Shown here: one piece after another, positions 26,930 through 39,429 of the stretch
Layout: every line of letters begins with the position of its first letter
Position numbering within the stretch: position 1 is the stretch's first letter
Source of the DNA: Octopus sinensis
Taxonomy: Eukaryota
Assembly (NCBI RefSeq): GCF_006345805.1
Contig: NC_042998.1
Span: forward strand, 110,112,001-110,176,000
Length of the DNA: 64,000 nucleotides
Reading direction: 5' to 3'
The notes under the pieces: model-generated
Database searches by the model: none
Told to the model about the DNA's origin: nothing
Seen by the model: only the letters and a program-made list of their open reading frames with translations
Made by a program: the position numbers and the translations under genes

Positions 26930-27224
26930 GGCTCATACTTACATACTTTAAAATAGGTACACATGTATTAATCATTTTCTAGAAACATGCTTGGCTTTTT
27001 CGCACAAACTAGGTATTAAACTAAATACTTTTTTGACATCATTAGCAAAACTAAAAAGAAACATGTGAAAAGAATCGATTCATTATATCCAAACAGGTGA
27101 ATTATCACAACACATGTTGCTGAAACCGAAAATTCGAGCAGTCCTTTACAGTAAGTTTTACAGGCAAAGAAACAACAGGTTACACAAGATAGTATTAACT
27201 AAAATCCTCGTTGAAGCGCACCAT

Positions 27225-27381
<157 letters not shown>

Positions 27382-27904
27382 GGTATTCTAGTATACTACC
27401 AGCTTTGCATTATTTTATTCTAGCTCTCTACATTCTGAGTTCAAACCTCGTACAATTCGATTTTGCTTGTCATCCCTCCGGAGTCCCTAAGATTGAGTAA
27501 CAATTAATTATTGAAGTCGATTTGCTCGACTATTACACTACTGTAAATCTGCATGCATTTTGCCCAAATTATAAACTATTTTAATCATCATAAATGTTGT
27601 TGTTGCTGGTGGTACCGAAACAGTTAAAGTTCTGAGTTGAACAAAACATTAAAACATCAAGTTGGCTTAATACAATTCAAGTACTCCTGTTCCGAATATC
27701 ATCATCTTCCCGCTTAAAAATGCATGACGTTCCCTAATGCGTGACCTGGTGCTGAAATCACACAATGTTTAATATATGCACATATTTACTAAATGCTGTT
27801 TCTTTAACGGTCTCATTAGATTGAAAACACATAAGCCAATGCAGGAAAGCAATAGAAAAGACTTCACAGAACACAAATACATACATACTCTCTCGCGCAC
27901 GCAT

Positions 27905-27948
<44 letters not shown>

Positions 27949-27953
27949 ACGTG

Positions 27954-27985
<32 letters not shown>

Positions 27986-28067
27986 CAGATATCTATCTAT
28001 CTATCTATCTTTCTATCTATCTATATATATATATATGCACATACAGATATCTATCTATCTATCTCTT

Positions 28068-28136
<69 letters not shown>

Positions 28137-28252
28137 ATATATATATATATATAATATATATATATACACATACAGATATCTATCTATCTATCTATCTTTC
28201 TATCTATCTATATATATATATATGCACATACAGATATCTATCTATCTATCTT

Positions 28253-28313
<61 letters not shown>

Positions 28314-28435
28314 ATATTATATATATATATATATATATCTATATATATATATATATATACGCACGTGTGTGTGTGCGTGTGTGCAAGCTTGCGCGAGAGA
28401 TTATGTGTGTATTTGTGTTCTGTATATATATATAT

Positions 28436-28760
28436 GAGAAGACTCCCTTTCGTCATGAATGGTCATGGGATTGCACCTAGAAAGTTACCCTCCGAGGCAC
28501 AAGTCCGGGCAAGGTTGTTCATGGAGGCCAGCAGTCGTCCATGCATACCAGCCTCCCCTCTCCACACCACTGGTGATATCCAAGGTAAAGGCAAAGGCCG
28601 ATACAGCTTGGCACCAATTATGTTGCAACTCATTTCTACACCTGAGAGAACTCGAACAACGTGAAATAAAGCTCGAAAACACAACACGCAGCCCGGTCCG
28701 GAAAGCGAACCCAGAACGTCACGATCGTAAGCTCGTTGCTCTAACCACTGCGCCATGCGC
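28436..28760 (-). mobile_element. tRNA-derived SINE
   Basis: Minus strand begins GGCGCATGGCGCAGTGGTTAGAGC (A box) ... GGGTTCGCTTTCCGGACCGG (B box), then a central TCAGGTGTAGAAATGAGT block and a unique 3' tail. Confidence 0.75.
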
Positions 28761-28799
28761 CTTCACACACACTCGCGCGCGCGCACACACACACACATC

Positions 28800-29000
28800 C
28801 CATTCGCCAAGATAGATCATTAGCTACTAAATCTTTTTTGTATTTTCTCTCCCTGTTAATTTCTGCATTCCTTTCTGTCGAACAGCGTAGGCTCGAAACG
28901 TAAAAGACATTCTCACTACCCGAGCGTTAAACTAATACACATGCTTGTTGTTTATACACCCGTCTTCGTCTGTTTTTATTTTGCAAATTCTTACTATATA
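28800..29000 (+). mobile_element. Family H1 element with variant hammerhead at 28871-28906
   Basis: CTTT-CTGTCGA-A-CAGC-GTAG-GCTC-GAAA-CG-TA-AAAG. Reverse-complement homolog of 1467-1630. Confidence 0.6.
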
Positions 29001-29001
29001 C

Positions 29002-29047
<46 letters not shown>

Positions 29048-29053
<6 letters not shown>

Positions 29054-29139
29054 TTTATAGAAGGAGCTTCTACAGGACTAGAACTGTTTCATTCAAAAGA
29101 AATCATCAGTCCTGTAGAAGCTCCTTCTATAAAATAAAT
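29048..29139. repeat. Perfect 32-bp inverted repeat enclosing a hammerhead-like core on the minus strand
   Basis: ATTTATTTTATAGAAGGAGCTTCTACAGGACT (29048-29079) and AGTCCTGTAGAAGCTCCTTCTATAAAATAAAT (29108-29139). Minus strand reads CTGATGA-TTTC-TTTT-GAAT-GAAA-CAG. Confidence 0.85.
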
Positions 29140-30441
29140 TAATTTACTCTGCTATGTATTGAGTACCTTATTTACTGTGGTTAACCCCGACTCAACCCGG
29201 GACCTACATATATATATATATATTAATTATAAACATAATTATAATTAGGGGTCAGCTAATTGCTTCACGACATACCGAATTTAGAAATACGAGTTAAAAA
29301 TTCCTTTTTTACTACTGTAAGTATCTCTACTACAATAACACAATTTTTCAATTAAGTAGGTAATTTAATTGATTAATTTTACACACTGGGGCCGCTGTAA
29401 TCGACGTAATCCCTTTGTCTATCCTTGTTTGGCAGCTCCATCTTTAGCTCCTTGTGGGCAATAAAAACATATATATATGTATGTAAATATGTATGTATGT
29501 ATGTATTTATGTATGTATGTATGTATTTATGTATGTATGTATGTATGTATGTATGTATGTATGTATGTATGTATGTATGTATGTATGTATGTATTTATGT
29601 AGGTAGGTAGGTAGTTAGGTATGTAAATAAGAAATAAAATAGGCAACATGTGTAGTGAGATAATAATTAAGAAAACATACACCATTCTTATAATTTCCTG
29701 ACAAGAAAATATATGGGAGCATTTTCAAAGTGATAGTTGATTTTTTTTTTCCTTGATAATTCAATTTCAACATCTTATGTCAAATTATGGCACTCGCCTG
29801 AAGCATTAATAAACCGGAATATGAGAAGTGAAAAGTTACATACGACATCGTGATTCGTGATTCGTGATTCGATACTGAAGATTCTTTTCGGCATTATCTA
29901 GTAAACATTGATGATATTTAAAAGTTTCTTGCAACCTGTCAAATAGTATGCATTAAAAGAAAGAACGGTTTTCTTTATCACTTATGTTTACATTATCTTA
30001 TAATAGTGATAAAATATTCAAACTCGCTGTCCAATTTTAAAGCTAGCAAGACGTTTAGTGCCAAGAATTCCACGTTCACTAGTGCGTCTCATTTCTAGTC
30101 TACATTTATCTATTATCAATACCATGGATATGATTTAATAGGTGAAGTCAGCTATGAAGGGTTAGGAAATCAACGAAATAAACACCAGACACAGCATAAT
30201 GTGATTCTTGTGTCATATATTTTGACAAAAGTTATGTACTAGTAATTCTTGCATGTATCACCCAGTGATTATACGGTGAAATTGTTAGTTCAAGCTAATA
30301 TGTACATGGAAAAAGTAAAAGCACATACAAAGAAAATAATATAAGATCATGAATCCATTTGAGATATGCAAAGAAAAGTATAGAATAAGACATTTATTTA
30401 CCTAATCGTTAACGTTCACATATAGATACATACACAAATAC

Positions 30442-30489
<48 letters not shown>

Positions 30490-31192
30490 TGTATGCATCT
30501 CCGTATAAATCTTTGAGTGTGTATCTGTGTATGAATATGTGTGTACTTTTTGTATGTGAATGTGCTTGCATGTGTAGATTCATGACGTAAATGATTCTCT
30601 GATATGAAGAAAGACAATTTCAAACTTTCTCTAAGAAAAAATCGATATTCGTGAAAAAGTATCTTTATTCTTTCGTAAGACATCATAAAGTTTGTAAATA
30701 TATATGTATTATATTGTCATTCCCAGCATAGAAACCATGCCGAAAATGATGACATATGTCTAGTCGGTCGAACGGTGTATTCAATATAGTCGATTCCAAT
30801 ACTTTATCGTATAAATGAACGTCAATCTTCATATCGGCAGCATATATATTCAAAATGTAAAGAGACAACAACAAAATATGTCAGGGATGAATCCGAAGAT
30901 AAAGCGATTTTGCAAAGACACCGGACTTAACATTACATAATACTTTTAATAACATTGTACGCTCATACGCTGTGACCCATTTAACTTTGTAGACTGATCA
31001 CAGTCTACATTCAACTACATTTGAGTATATAAAATGTCCAGATACATCAACATTTACATACAGTTATACCTACTTACATACATACGTGTATATATATATA
31101 TATACACACATACGCATATTCTCGCCAACAATATGGCATAGTTATATATATACATGCATACATTTCTTATATAGATATGTATTTATGCATGC

Positions 31193-31288
<96 letters not shown>

Positions 31289-31919
31289 TATATATATATA
31301 ATATATATATATATAGATATATATATATATAGATATATATATATATATAGATATATATATATATAGATATATATATATATAGATATATATATATATAGAT
31401 ATATATATGGCGTTAGCTTTCCGACATGCATAACAATAAAAATGAACAACAATCCATGGGGAATAAGCTAGCTGAAGTCAAAATTATGAGATAAAGACAT
31501 ATATCGACCCCGGGACTCGAAAATCGTGTTACCAAATGCTGAATGACAAAAGTAAAATTGGTTTCCTAAACTCACAGATAAAAAGCAAAGGAGAGTCCTC
31601 GTATTTAAAATATAAAAATTGATTTCAAATTATTTAAATCGAGAGACATGGTATCCACCTGTACACAACTACATACAAACACACAAACACCCAAGAGCAC
31701 AGAGGCACATATACGTACATACATGCATACATACATGATTTCTTGAAGAGGTGTTCCTAATCCCGAAATATTGAAATGCCAGGTAAAACAATCGACCTGT
31801 ATTATTTTTAAAACTCGGAATGTTTTGATTATGAATATAATACTAAAAACATTTATACATATGTGTGTGCGTGTATGCTTGTGCGCATGATTGTCGCAAA
31901 GGTGGTCTCTATAAACGAA

Positions 31920-32138
31920 AGGCGGCGAACTGGCAGAAACGTTATCACACCGGGCAGAATGCTTAGCTGCATTTCATCTTTCTTTACGTTTTGAGTTCAA
32001 TAACCGCCGAGGTCGACTTTGCCTTTCATCTTTTCGGGGTCATCAAATTAAGTACTAGTTGCGTATTGGGGTCGATCTAATCGACTGGCCCCCTCCACCA
32101 AAAATTCCGGCCTTGTGCCTAGAGTAGAAAAGAATATT
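31920..32138 (+). mobile_element. SINE family B, monomeric copy
   Basis: GGCGGCGAACTGGCAGAAACG...GAGTTCAA...GAGGTCGACTTTGCCTTTCATC...CCTAGAGTAGAAAAGAATATT. Confidence 0.8.
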
Positions 32139-32788
32139 GTTCGTTACATGTATTATCGAAATAAGTATAAATAAGGGAAACCCGTTCCGAGCCACACAAG
32201 AACACCTCGTAAATGTTTTCTTTTTGCCCGTTTACTAATTGCAAATACAGAGATATACATGCACGAAATGTGTACGTGTAGGTGTGTGTGCTTTTGCAAT
32301 TTTCTCTTTCTGTCTATTCATGAATTTGTATGGGGTCAAAAGAAAAAAGAAAAGAAAAAAGTGAAATATTATTTCAGTATAAAATATAAAAAGTTGCAAA
32401 GTATATGAAATGCGTGTGTGCGTTAACGAACATGTATATGCTTGCGTAGTCTACTAGTTGTTGTCATCCAAATTTCAGCTCGTTGGCTGAGTATATTTAC
32501 TTCAGGAAAACTGTTGGCAGCACAATATGTTCATTTAGGGTAACGTATGCGTACGCTTTCCCAGCACTTATACCTGTGCGTTGTCTACAAGTGATTTGTT
32601 CGAATTTCAACTCATTTAGCTGATGAAATCACAGTTCCTTATGCGAGTACGTTATCTACACGTAGTTCATTGAATAGTTATTCCTTATTCAATTTGCTGG
32701 CTCAGAGAAACATTCGAACTTGGTGACACTAATACATACATAGATACATACATACATACATATATACATACATACCTATATACATATA

Positions 32789-33651
32789 TCTTTATATATA
32801 TAAAACTGAGAATGTGTGTCTGTCTGTGTGTTTCCCTAAAACTTGAGAACTACACAACCAATTTCATTCAAATTTTACACATGCCTTACTTAGGATCCGG
32901 GGAGTGTCATCGGCAAAAATATTTGACTTTTTGCCTGGAGCGAGCCCACAGCAATATCATATCTTCTCCAATACGATTCCCTAAAATTTGAGAACTACAC
33001 AACCAATTTCATTCAAATTTTACACATTCCTTGCTTAGGTTTGATGTAGTTTCATGGGCAAAAATAATGTCCAACTTCGTGCCTAGAGCGAGCCCATAGC
33101 AATATCATATCTTCTCCACTATTTCAGTATTACGTGTTAAATGTGAAACAAAAATATTTATCTATTTTATGTCAGATGCTTTCACTTTAACAATAAAAAT
33201 AATAATAATTGAATTATTTGTAGTAAGTAATAATTAAAATCAAACTAAAGTATAATATAATCGTAACATAACAAAAGTAAAAATAGCAATTGGTATAAAA
33301 TTGCATCAATGATTTGAACTTGAATAAGTGGTTTCACATGAATGGGAATAAATTAAAAATAAAATTAGCGTGCAGAAATGGAATAGTCCAGATGGATAAT
33401 AAAAAATTAAATTAAAGAAAAGACTATTGTCTATAAAGTATACAACGTAGAGAAAAGAGAAGAGCTAACAATTCAAGTCAGTTATATATTTTGAGTATTG
33501 TTATCACTAGCGATATCAAGATATAACTTTGTATTTTGCATTTTATGTGTAGATGTATATATATAGATGTACATGTAATATGTACACATATATATACACA
33601 TATATACATGCACTAGCACTATGACTCGGCAACGACGGGTCTTTAATGCTA

Positions 33652-33652
<1 letters not shown>
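32789..33652 (+). mobile_element. Non-autonomous Helitron
   Basis: 5' end A|TCTTTATATATATAAAA followed by GTCTGTCTG. 3' imperfect palindrome ACTAGCACTATGACTCGGCAACGACGGGTCTTTAATG-CTAG|T. Internal ~145-bp duplication (32835/32979). Confidence 0.7.
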
Positions 33653-33714
<62 letters not shown>

Positions 33715-34923
33715 AACATACATACATATATAATGATTACACCATCTTCACAGATGATTGACGCCTCCTTTCCCTTCCTCGTTGTCAACAGCATGACCTC
33801 AGATGATTATTCAGTCCCGTTTCAGATCTGCATAGTTTGGAACATAGATGATAGACGAATGTTGTAACTTACTGTGCGCTTCCAACTGGTTAGCTCTGCA
33901 AACGTCGGCACTGTTCCATTGCTATTGGACTTTCAGTTGATGGAGTATTGAATAGACATGTGGACTATCTGAGTTTCCTTGTTTAATACCTAATGATAGG
34001 CCGAAACGAGAAGACCAGTAATCACGTGAAACCACAAGTTTTACACTAGAGTGTCCATTTCCCAGAAGGTGCTGTGGCTCCCTCACTAGTGGTGCTCTCA
34101 TTGCACATACTGACACAGATCTAGTGCATTTCTGTGTCTCCGTGTTCATATGTATTGTCCATATGTTCACAGAGACATAAGCTGGTTAACCGAATGCTGG
34201 GACTCTGAGAGGGTCTACAACTCCGGGTCAGAGTGGATCTAGGAACAATAGTGTCTAGGATGTGGTTGCACGTGATTGATTGGTTGAATACTCGACACTG
34301 ATTGGTTGAAATTACCGAAATACGACAACTTTAACACGACATAACTTTGAAAATATAAACTTTTCTCAACAACACTAAGAGTAAAAGATGTTTTATATGA
34401 CACATTCTACCAGTATCCAAAGTTTGAAAGAGTTCAGTTACAAAAGATTAATTTCTCGATCCGTCGTTCAAAGGGAAAAAATTCTTCACCTTATGTATTT
34501 TTTAATTCATTTTTTTTCCCAATATTCCTTTCTTTCTTACACTCCTTATTTTCTATTCACATTATATTCTCTACTATAGCCGTTCTCTCTACACATTCTG
34601 ATCGAATCATCCGTGTGTCGACATGTACCTCTTTACGACAATATGAGCTCTATTTAATCAAAATACCCTTGACCTGAAGAGTAACCTGTGGTACACACCT
34701 CGCTTCCTAGGTTCCACTCGCCATGAAACATATGTACCCGGAAGTTATCTACTCCATTCCTTAACTCTTGTATTTTATTCGCATATTTGGCAACCCTGCC
34801 TGCCTACCTTGAAATATAAAATATTTTCTCAGTTTATCATATTTCGATACGGAAAAAATCCACAACCTTCTGCCTCAATAAACCACTATTGGTCCGGGTA
34901 GTTGTTTTTATATCTTCCTCCAC

Positions 34924-35008
<85 letters not shown>

Positions 35009-35059
35009 TTATGTGTGTGTACAAGTGTATGTAAATATGTAAGTATGTATTTATATCTG

Positions 35060-35272
35060 TGTATGTGCGTCTTTGTGCCTGTGTTTGTATCCCTACCATC
35101 ATTTGTCAACCGATCTTGGTGTGTTTACGTCTGCAAAAGAGACTGAGGAAATAAGTACTAGGCTTACAAAGAATAAGTCCTGGGGTTGATTTCATCGTCT
35201 AAAAGAACCTTTAAGGCGGTGCTCCAGCATGGCCCCAGTGAAATGTTTGAAACGTATAAAAGAATAAAAGAG
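35060..35272 (+). mobile_element. SINE family A 3' half
   Basis: ...AATAAGTACTAGGCTTACAAAGAATAAGTCCTGGGG...AAGGCGGTGCTCCAGCATGGCC...AAAAGAATAAAAGAG. Homolog of 2594-2780 and 40486-40662. Confidence 0.7.
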
Positions 35273-35274
35273 TA

Positions 35275-36712
35275 CACTGAACCGCAAAAGCAACACGAGA
35301 CGTGTGTGACTGTAAAATATTTTTTATTTTATGCCAGAGATAAATTTTGATAAATCTAATAAATTCTATTTCTTGGATGCCCTTTGACCACAGTCTATGG
35401 GTCGTGCCATGTGCTCTAGTAGTGGGCGGATCCAGCACATCAAGATTGTCGGGTGTGACATGTTCAATACTGTGTATACCCTTCCTGGGTGTTCAAAATG
35501 GCCACACACCGTCGGTACATGGAGTGCATGAGTTGATTCACAAAAGGTATTGGCACCTGTACCCATACCCTGAGGAAAGCTGCCTCAAGTTCCACGAGTT
35601 GTCGGCTTTGCGACCACCTGGATCAACCGTCTCTGGATTTCATCCCACAGGTGTTCAGTTGGGTTCAAATCCGGGCTGAGAGCCGGCGGCGGCATTGTTC
35701 TGATGTTGTATTGACGTAGGAATCCATGGTGACCCTGGCCGTGTAGGAGGGAGCATCGTTCTGCTGAAACATGTAGCTATGTTGACGCGCGAAGAAGGGT
35801 ACATGGGACCCAATTCTCTGATTCATGTCTATAGCACAGCAAGCCGTGATGTTTAGGTTACCCCACACGTCCCTCTTCATGACTCATGCGTCTCTGTAGC
35901 GTTCACCCCTCCTATGCTACACCCTCAATCTGCTATCTGAGGTGGAAACGAAGTACTGGCTCTCGTCACAGAATACTATCGACCTCCATTGTTGATGCTG
36001 TGAATGTTGGTGCTGTGTATCCCACTGTAGTCGTGCCTGACGGTGGCGGACGGTGAGGATAGGTCCTCAAACAAGACGGCAGCAACGCAGTTTATTGGTG
36101 GCCACTTGACGTCGAACCGTGTCGTCGCTGATGGGTCGCTGTCCACTGCCAATGGTCTCGCGAGTTGTCACGCTGGCCGGTCTGAAGTAATCTAGGAAGT
36201 GTTGCAGATGCATGTAGTGGTCCTGCCTGGGTGTGGTCACCCGGAAGCGCCCTCTGCAGGTACGGCCTGCATTGCTGTTGGTGTTGCTGTATCACTGTTG
36301 CAGGCGATAAATGGCACTGACATGGACATTGCAAGCTTTCGAAACAACCAGGGCACGCTGCCTTGCTTGCAATCGGCCGGTAGCTTGTTCTCTCTGCGCT
36401 GCTGACAATCGGATCATTCCTGAAGCGTGCAAATTACAATGCCAAGAATGCGGTTCAAGTTGATGTTTATACCCATAACCTCCAAGAGATGCACGTGCAT
36501 TTCGGTTTTCATGACAGTTATTTGCGACTACCACCCACGGCATTCAACGCAGCAGCATTTTGGCATATCGTTTCAGGGAAAGTGGAAAGTCATAAACCAG
36601 CATAAACCAGCATATCTTGGAATATTTGCACTTACATCCTCGAAATGAATTTTCAAAATTTACCATACAAAAACGACATTTGAAAAAATCGCGTTTCTTT
36701 TGCAGTTCAGTG
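35275..36712 (-). mobile_element. Tc1-like (DD34E) DNA transposon, near full length, decayed
   Basis: TIRs TA|CACTGAACCGCAAAAGCAACACGA and TCGCGTTTCTTTTGCAGTTCAGTG. Contains a transposase pseudogene. Confidence 0.9.
35464..36417 (-). pseudogene. Tc1 transposase pseudogene
   Basis: MIRLSAAQREQATGRLQ...GRFRVTTPRQD...WRSIVFCDES...FQQNDAPSYTA...SPDLNPTEHLWD...SMYRRCVAILNTQEGYTQY*, with stops and frameshifts. Confidence 0.85.
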
Positions 36713-36721
36713 TGTGTGTGT

Positions 36722-36888
36722 GTGCCACTGCGCTAAGAAGTTTCCTCCCAACGACATGTTTCCGAGTTCAGATCTATTGTGAGGCTCCTTGAGTAAATGT
36801 CTTCTACTGTGGCCCCGGGCAGACCGTTGCTTTGTGATTTGATTTGGTACGCGGTAACAGAAATAAGTCCATCATATACGCCCACAGA
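36722..36888 (+). mobile_element. SINE family A head, diverged
   Basis: AAGAAGTTTCCTCCCAACGACATGTTTCCGAGTTCAG...TGTCTTCTACTGTGGCCCCGGGCAGACC. Reverse-complement homolog of 61013-61178. Confidence 0.6.
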
Positions 36889-36906
36889 CACACAGGCACA
36901 CATATG

Positions 36907-36953
<47 letters not shown>

Positions 36954-37219
36954 CTAGTACATACTTCGCCTTTAATGTACTTATATATGAATAATATATT
37001 GCCTGTGCTAGAAACACCAGCGATAATAATTAATTTTATTTTATCGCATTCTGACTTTGTTTACATATTTCTCGATACATTTTGAGCGTTAGACTATATA
37101 CCAGAAATCCCTAGTTTGTCGGGTACGTTCTGCGTCTGCGCAGTGATCTGATTAGTTAGAAAGAGCAAATTAGTAGACGCACATGTGTCTATCGAGGTGC
37201 GATCTCAAAATAACAGGAA

Positions 37220-37292
37220 TCTTACTGAAGAGCCTACCTGAGTAAATAAATATTATTTTTATTGGTGAAATAGGCGAAACTGCAGTCTAAGA
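37220..37292 (+). ncRNA. Minimal type I hammerhead ribozyme, copy 1
   Basis: TCTTA-CTGAAGA-GCCTA-[34 nt]-TAGGC-GAAA-CTGCAG-TC^-TAAGA. Fully canonical core, 5-bp stems I and II, palindromic ACTGCAGT helix III. Predicted cleavage after C37287 (GUC). Confidence 0.9.
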
Positions 37293-37619
37293 AGAACCGA
37301 GTTAGTAAAAGTTTTTATTTTCATTTCACTAAATTTATCAAGCTTCTGTGTATCTAGTACGTACTTCGCCTTTAATGTACTTATATATGAATAATATATG
37401 GCCTGTGCTAGAAACACCAGCGATAATAATTAATTTTATATTATCGCATTCTGACTTTGTTTACATATTTCTCGATAAATTTTGAGCGTTAGACTATATA
37501 CCAGAAATCCCTAGTTTGTCGGGTACGTTCTGCGTCTGCGCAGTGATCTGATTAGTTAGAAAGAGCAAATCAGTAGACGCACATGTGTCTATCGAGGTGC
37601 GATCTCAAAATAACAGGAA

Positions 37620-37692
37620 TCTTACTGAAGAGCCTACCTGAGTAAATAAATATTATTTTTATTGCTGAAATAGGCGAAACTGCAGTCTAAGA
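37620..37692 (+). ncRNA. Minimal type I hammerhead ribozyme, copy 2
   Basis: Same core and stems as copy 1, with one loop II substitution. Predicted cleavage after C37687. Confidence 0.9.
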
Positions 37693-37865
37693 AGAACCGA
37701 GTTAGTAAAAGTTTTTATTTTCATTTCACTAAATTTATCAAGCTTCTGTGTATCTAGTACATACTTCGCCTTTAATGTACTTATATATGAATAATATATG
37801 GCCTGTGCTAGAAACACCAGCGATAATAATTAATTTTATTTTATCGCATTCTGACTTTGTTTATA

Positions 37866-37915
<50 letters not shown>

Positions 37916-37940
37916 AGGAGATGTGGAACACGATTTGTGA

Positions 37941-38243
37941 TATATAAAAAAGGAAATGAAGAAAATTCTGACAAAATAATTTAAGTAATTTAATTAGGTG
38001 AAAGTTCTTTTTACCGGTTGCGCATTTGTTATGCTTATCAAAATAAATTTTTTTAAGAGAGATAGAGTTCCTTTCTGATAGATTTTCAGATAAGAGGAAA
38101 AAATCTATCAGAAAGGAACTCTATCTCTCTTAAAAAAATTTATTTTGATAAGCATAACAAATGCGCAACCGGTAAAAAGAACCTTCACCTAATTAAATTA
38201 CTTAAATTACTTAAATTATTTTGTCAGCATTTTCTTCATTTCC

Positions 38244-38252
<9 letters not shown>
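37941..38252. repeat. Long near-perfect inverted repeat (~145-bp arms, 13-nt spacer)
   Basis: Left arm 37941-38086 vs right arm 38100-38252. About 2 mismatches, one short duplication (TTAAATTAC) in the right arm and an A/T run-length difference. Confidence 0.9.
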
Positions 38253-38274
<22 letters not shown>

Positions 38275-38509
38275 TGTGTGTGTGTGTGTGTATGTGTGTG
38301 TATGTGTGTGTGTGTGTGCATTCATATATATTTCAAGGGTTGAATAGAAAAAATGGTCGAAAACATAACAACGGAAAATTAACAAAAGCAAACGGAAAAA
38401 TAAACAAAAACACAATACAGGGAAGTTTTGCAGTTGATTTCTCATCAGTCAATGTTCACAACATTCTAGTAGATACGCGTTTCTTACAATAATACCACTT
38501 TGTTTTCGG

Positions 38510-38770
38510 TAGTGGCGGAGCAAGAAGCCTCCGGGAAGAGCTAATGAATGTATACAAGGACAGAAAAAAACGCGACAAGCTAAAAATATAACAATTGTTA
38601 GTATACAACAAAAAAATAATAGAATGATAATACAAGTACAGCAAGAAAATAATTATACATACACAACAGAAAAAGGCCGTTCGGCTACAATTGTTGTGTG
38701 GTGTTTTGTAATGCATTTGGGAATATGTTCCCCGGAAAATTTTCTTCGTGGCACAACAGTTGGGTCAGGT
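38510..38770. mobile_element. Possible decayed hAT-type MITE fragment
   Basis: AGTGGCGGAGC start and GGGAATATGTTCCCCGGAAAATTTT motif resemble invertebrate hAT MITEs. No second TIR found. Confidence 0.25.
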
Positions 38771-39318
38771 TTGGATCCGTATAAATTCATAATGATTTAT
38801 TCAACTTCGATATTTTTTGACATCGCCATATTTTACATTTTGACTTCATTATGTAATCAGCCATAATTGACCAAATGTGATTGTTTTACTCTTTAAGAAA
38901 TCATATAAATTGGCAAGAAATATATTAGAAAACTAAGTAAATACGATCAGCTTTAGCTTTCAATATTCTTTTGTAGAAGTGTATATAGTTACACAAGAAT
39001 ATTTCAAAAATATTTCTTCTTTGTCAAAAAGTCTTTTGCACGACAAAATGAAGAAATAGAACCTGAGTAGTTAAACTATATATATTTAAGATCTACTGTT
39101 GAGTAGATAATCTGTTGTTAATATATATTTATATATATATATGTGTGTGTGTGTGTATATATATATGTATATATAAGCCACATGGATGATACACATTTTC
39201 TCACATTTACCGTGAATGTACATTCAGAAGTTAGTGAACAAACACTCACATACACATATATACGTAGACAGATGGATGTGCATACGTGTATACCTATTTA
39301 TCTATGTATGTATGTATG

Positions 39319-39389
<71 letters not shown>

Positions 39390-39391
39390 TC

Positions 39392-39429
<38 letters not shown>

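Larger units (their letters stand above)
36951..37863 (+). mobile_element. 400-bp tandem array (~2.3 units) with one hammerhead per unit; non-LTR retrozyme / PLE-derived architecture
   Basis: TATCTAGTAC(A/G)TACTTCGCC recurs at 36951, 37351 and 37751. About 6 substitutions between units by eye. (TA)n on both sides. Confidence 0.85.

Noticed and set aside
33985-34015. CTAATGATAGGCCGAAAC hammerhead-like string
   Set aside because: The core is mutated, and there is no stem I or NUH site.
34670-34745. CTGAAGA...GAAA-CATATG-TA hammerhead-like motif with palindromic ACATATGT
   Set aside because: Stem I and the base of helix II do not pair. Possibly a deleted remnant, but it cannot be supported.
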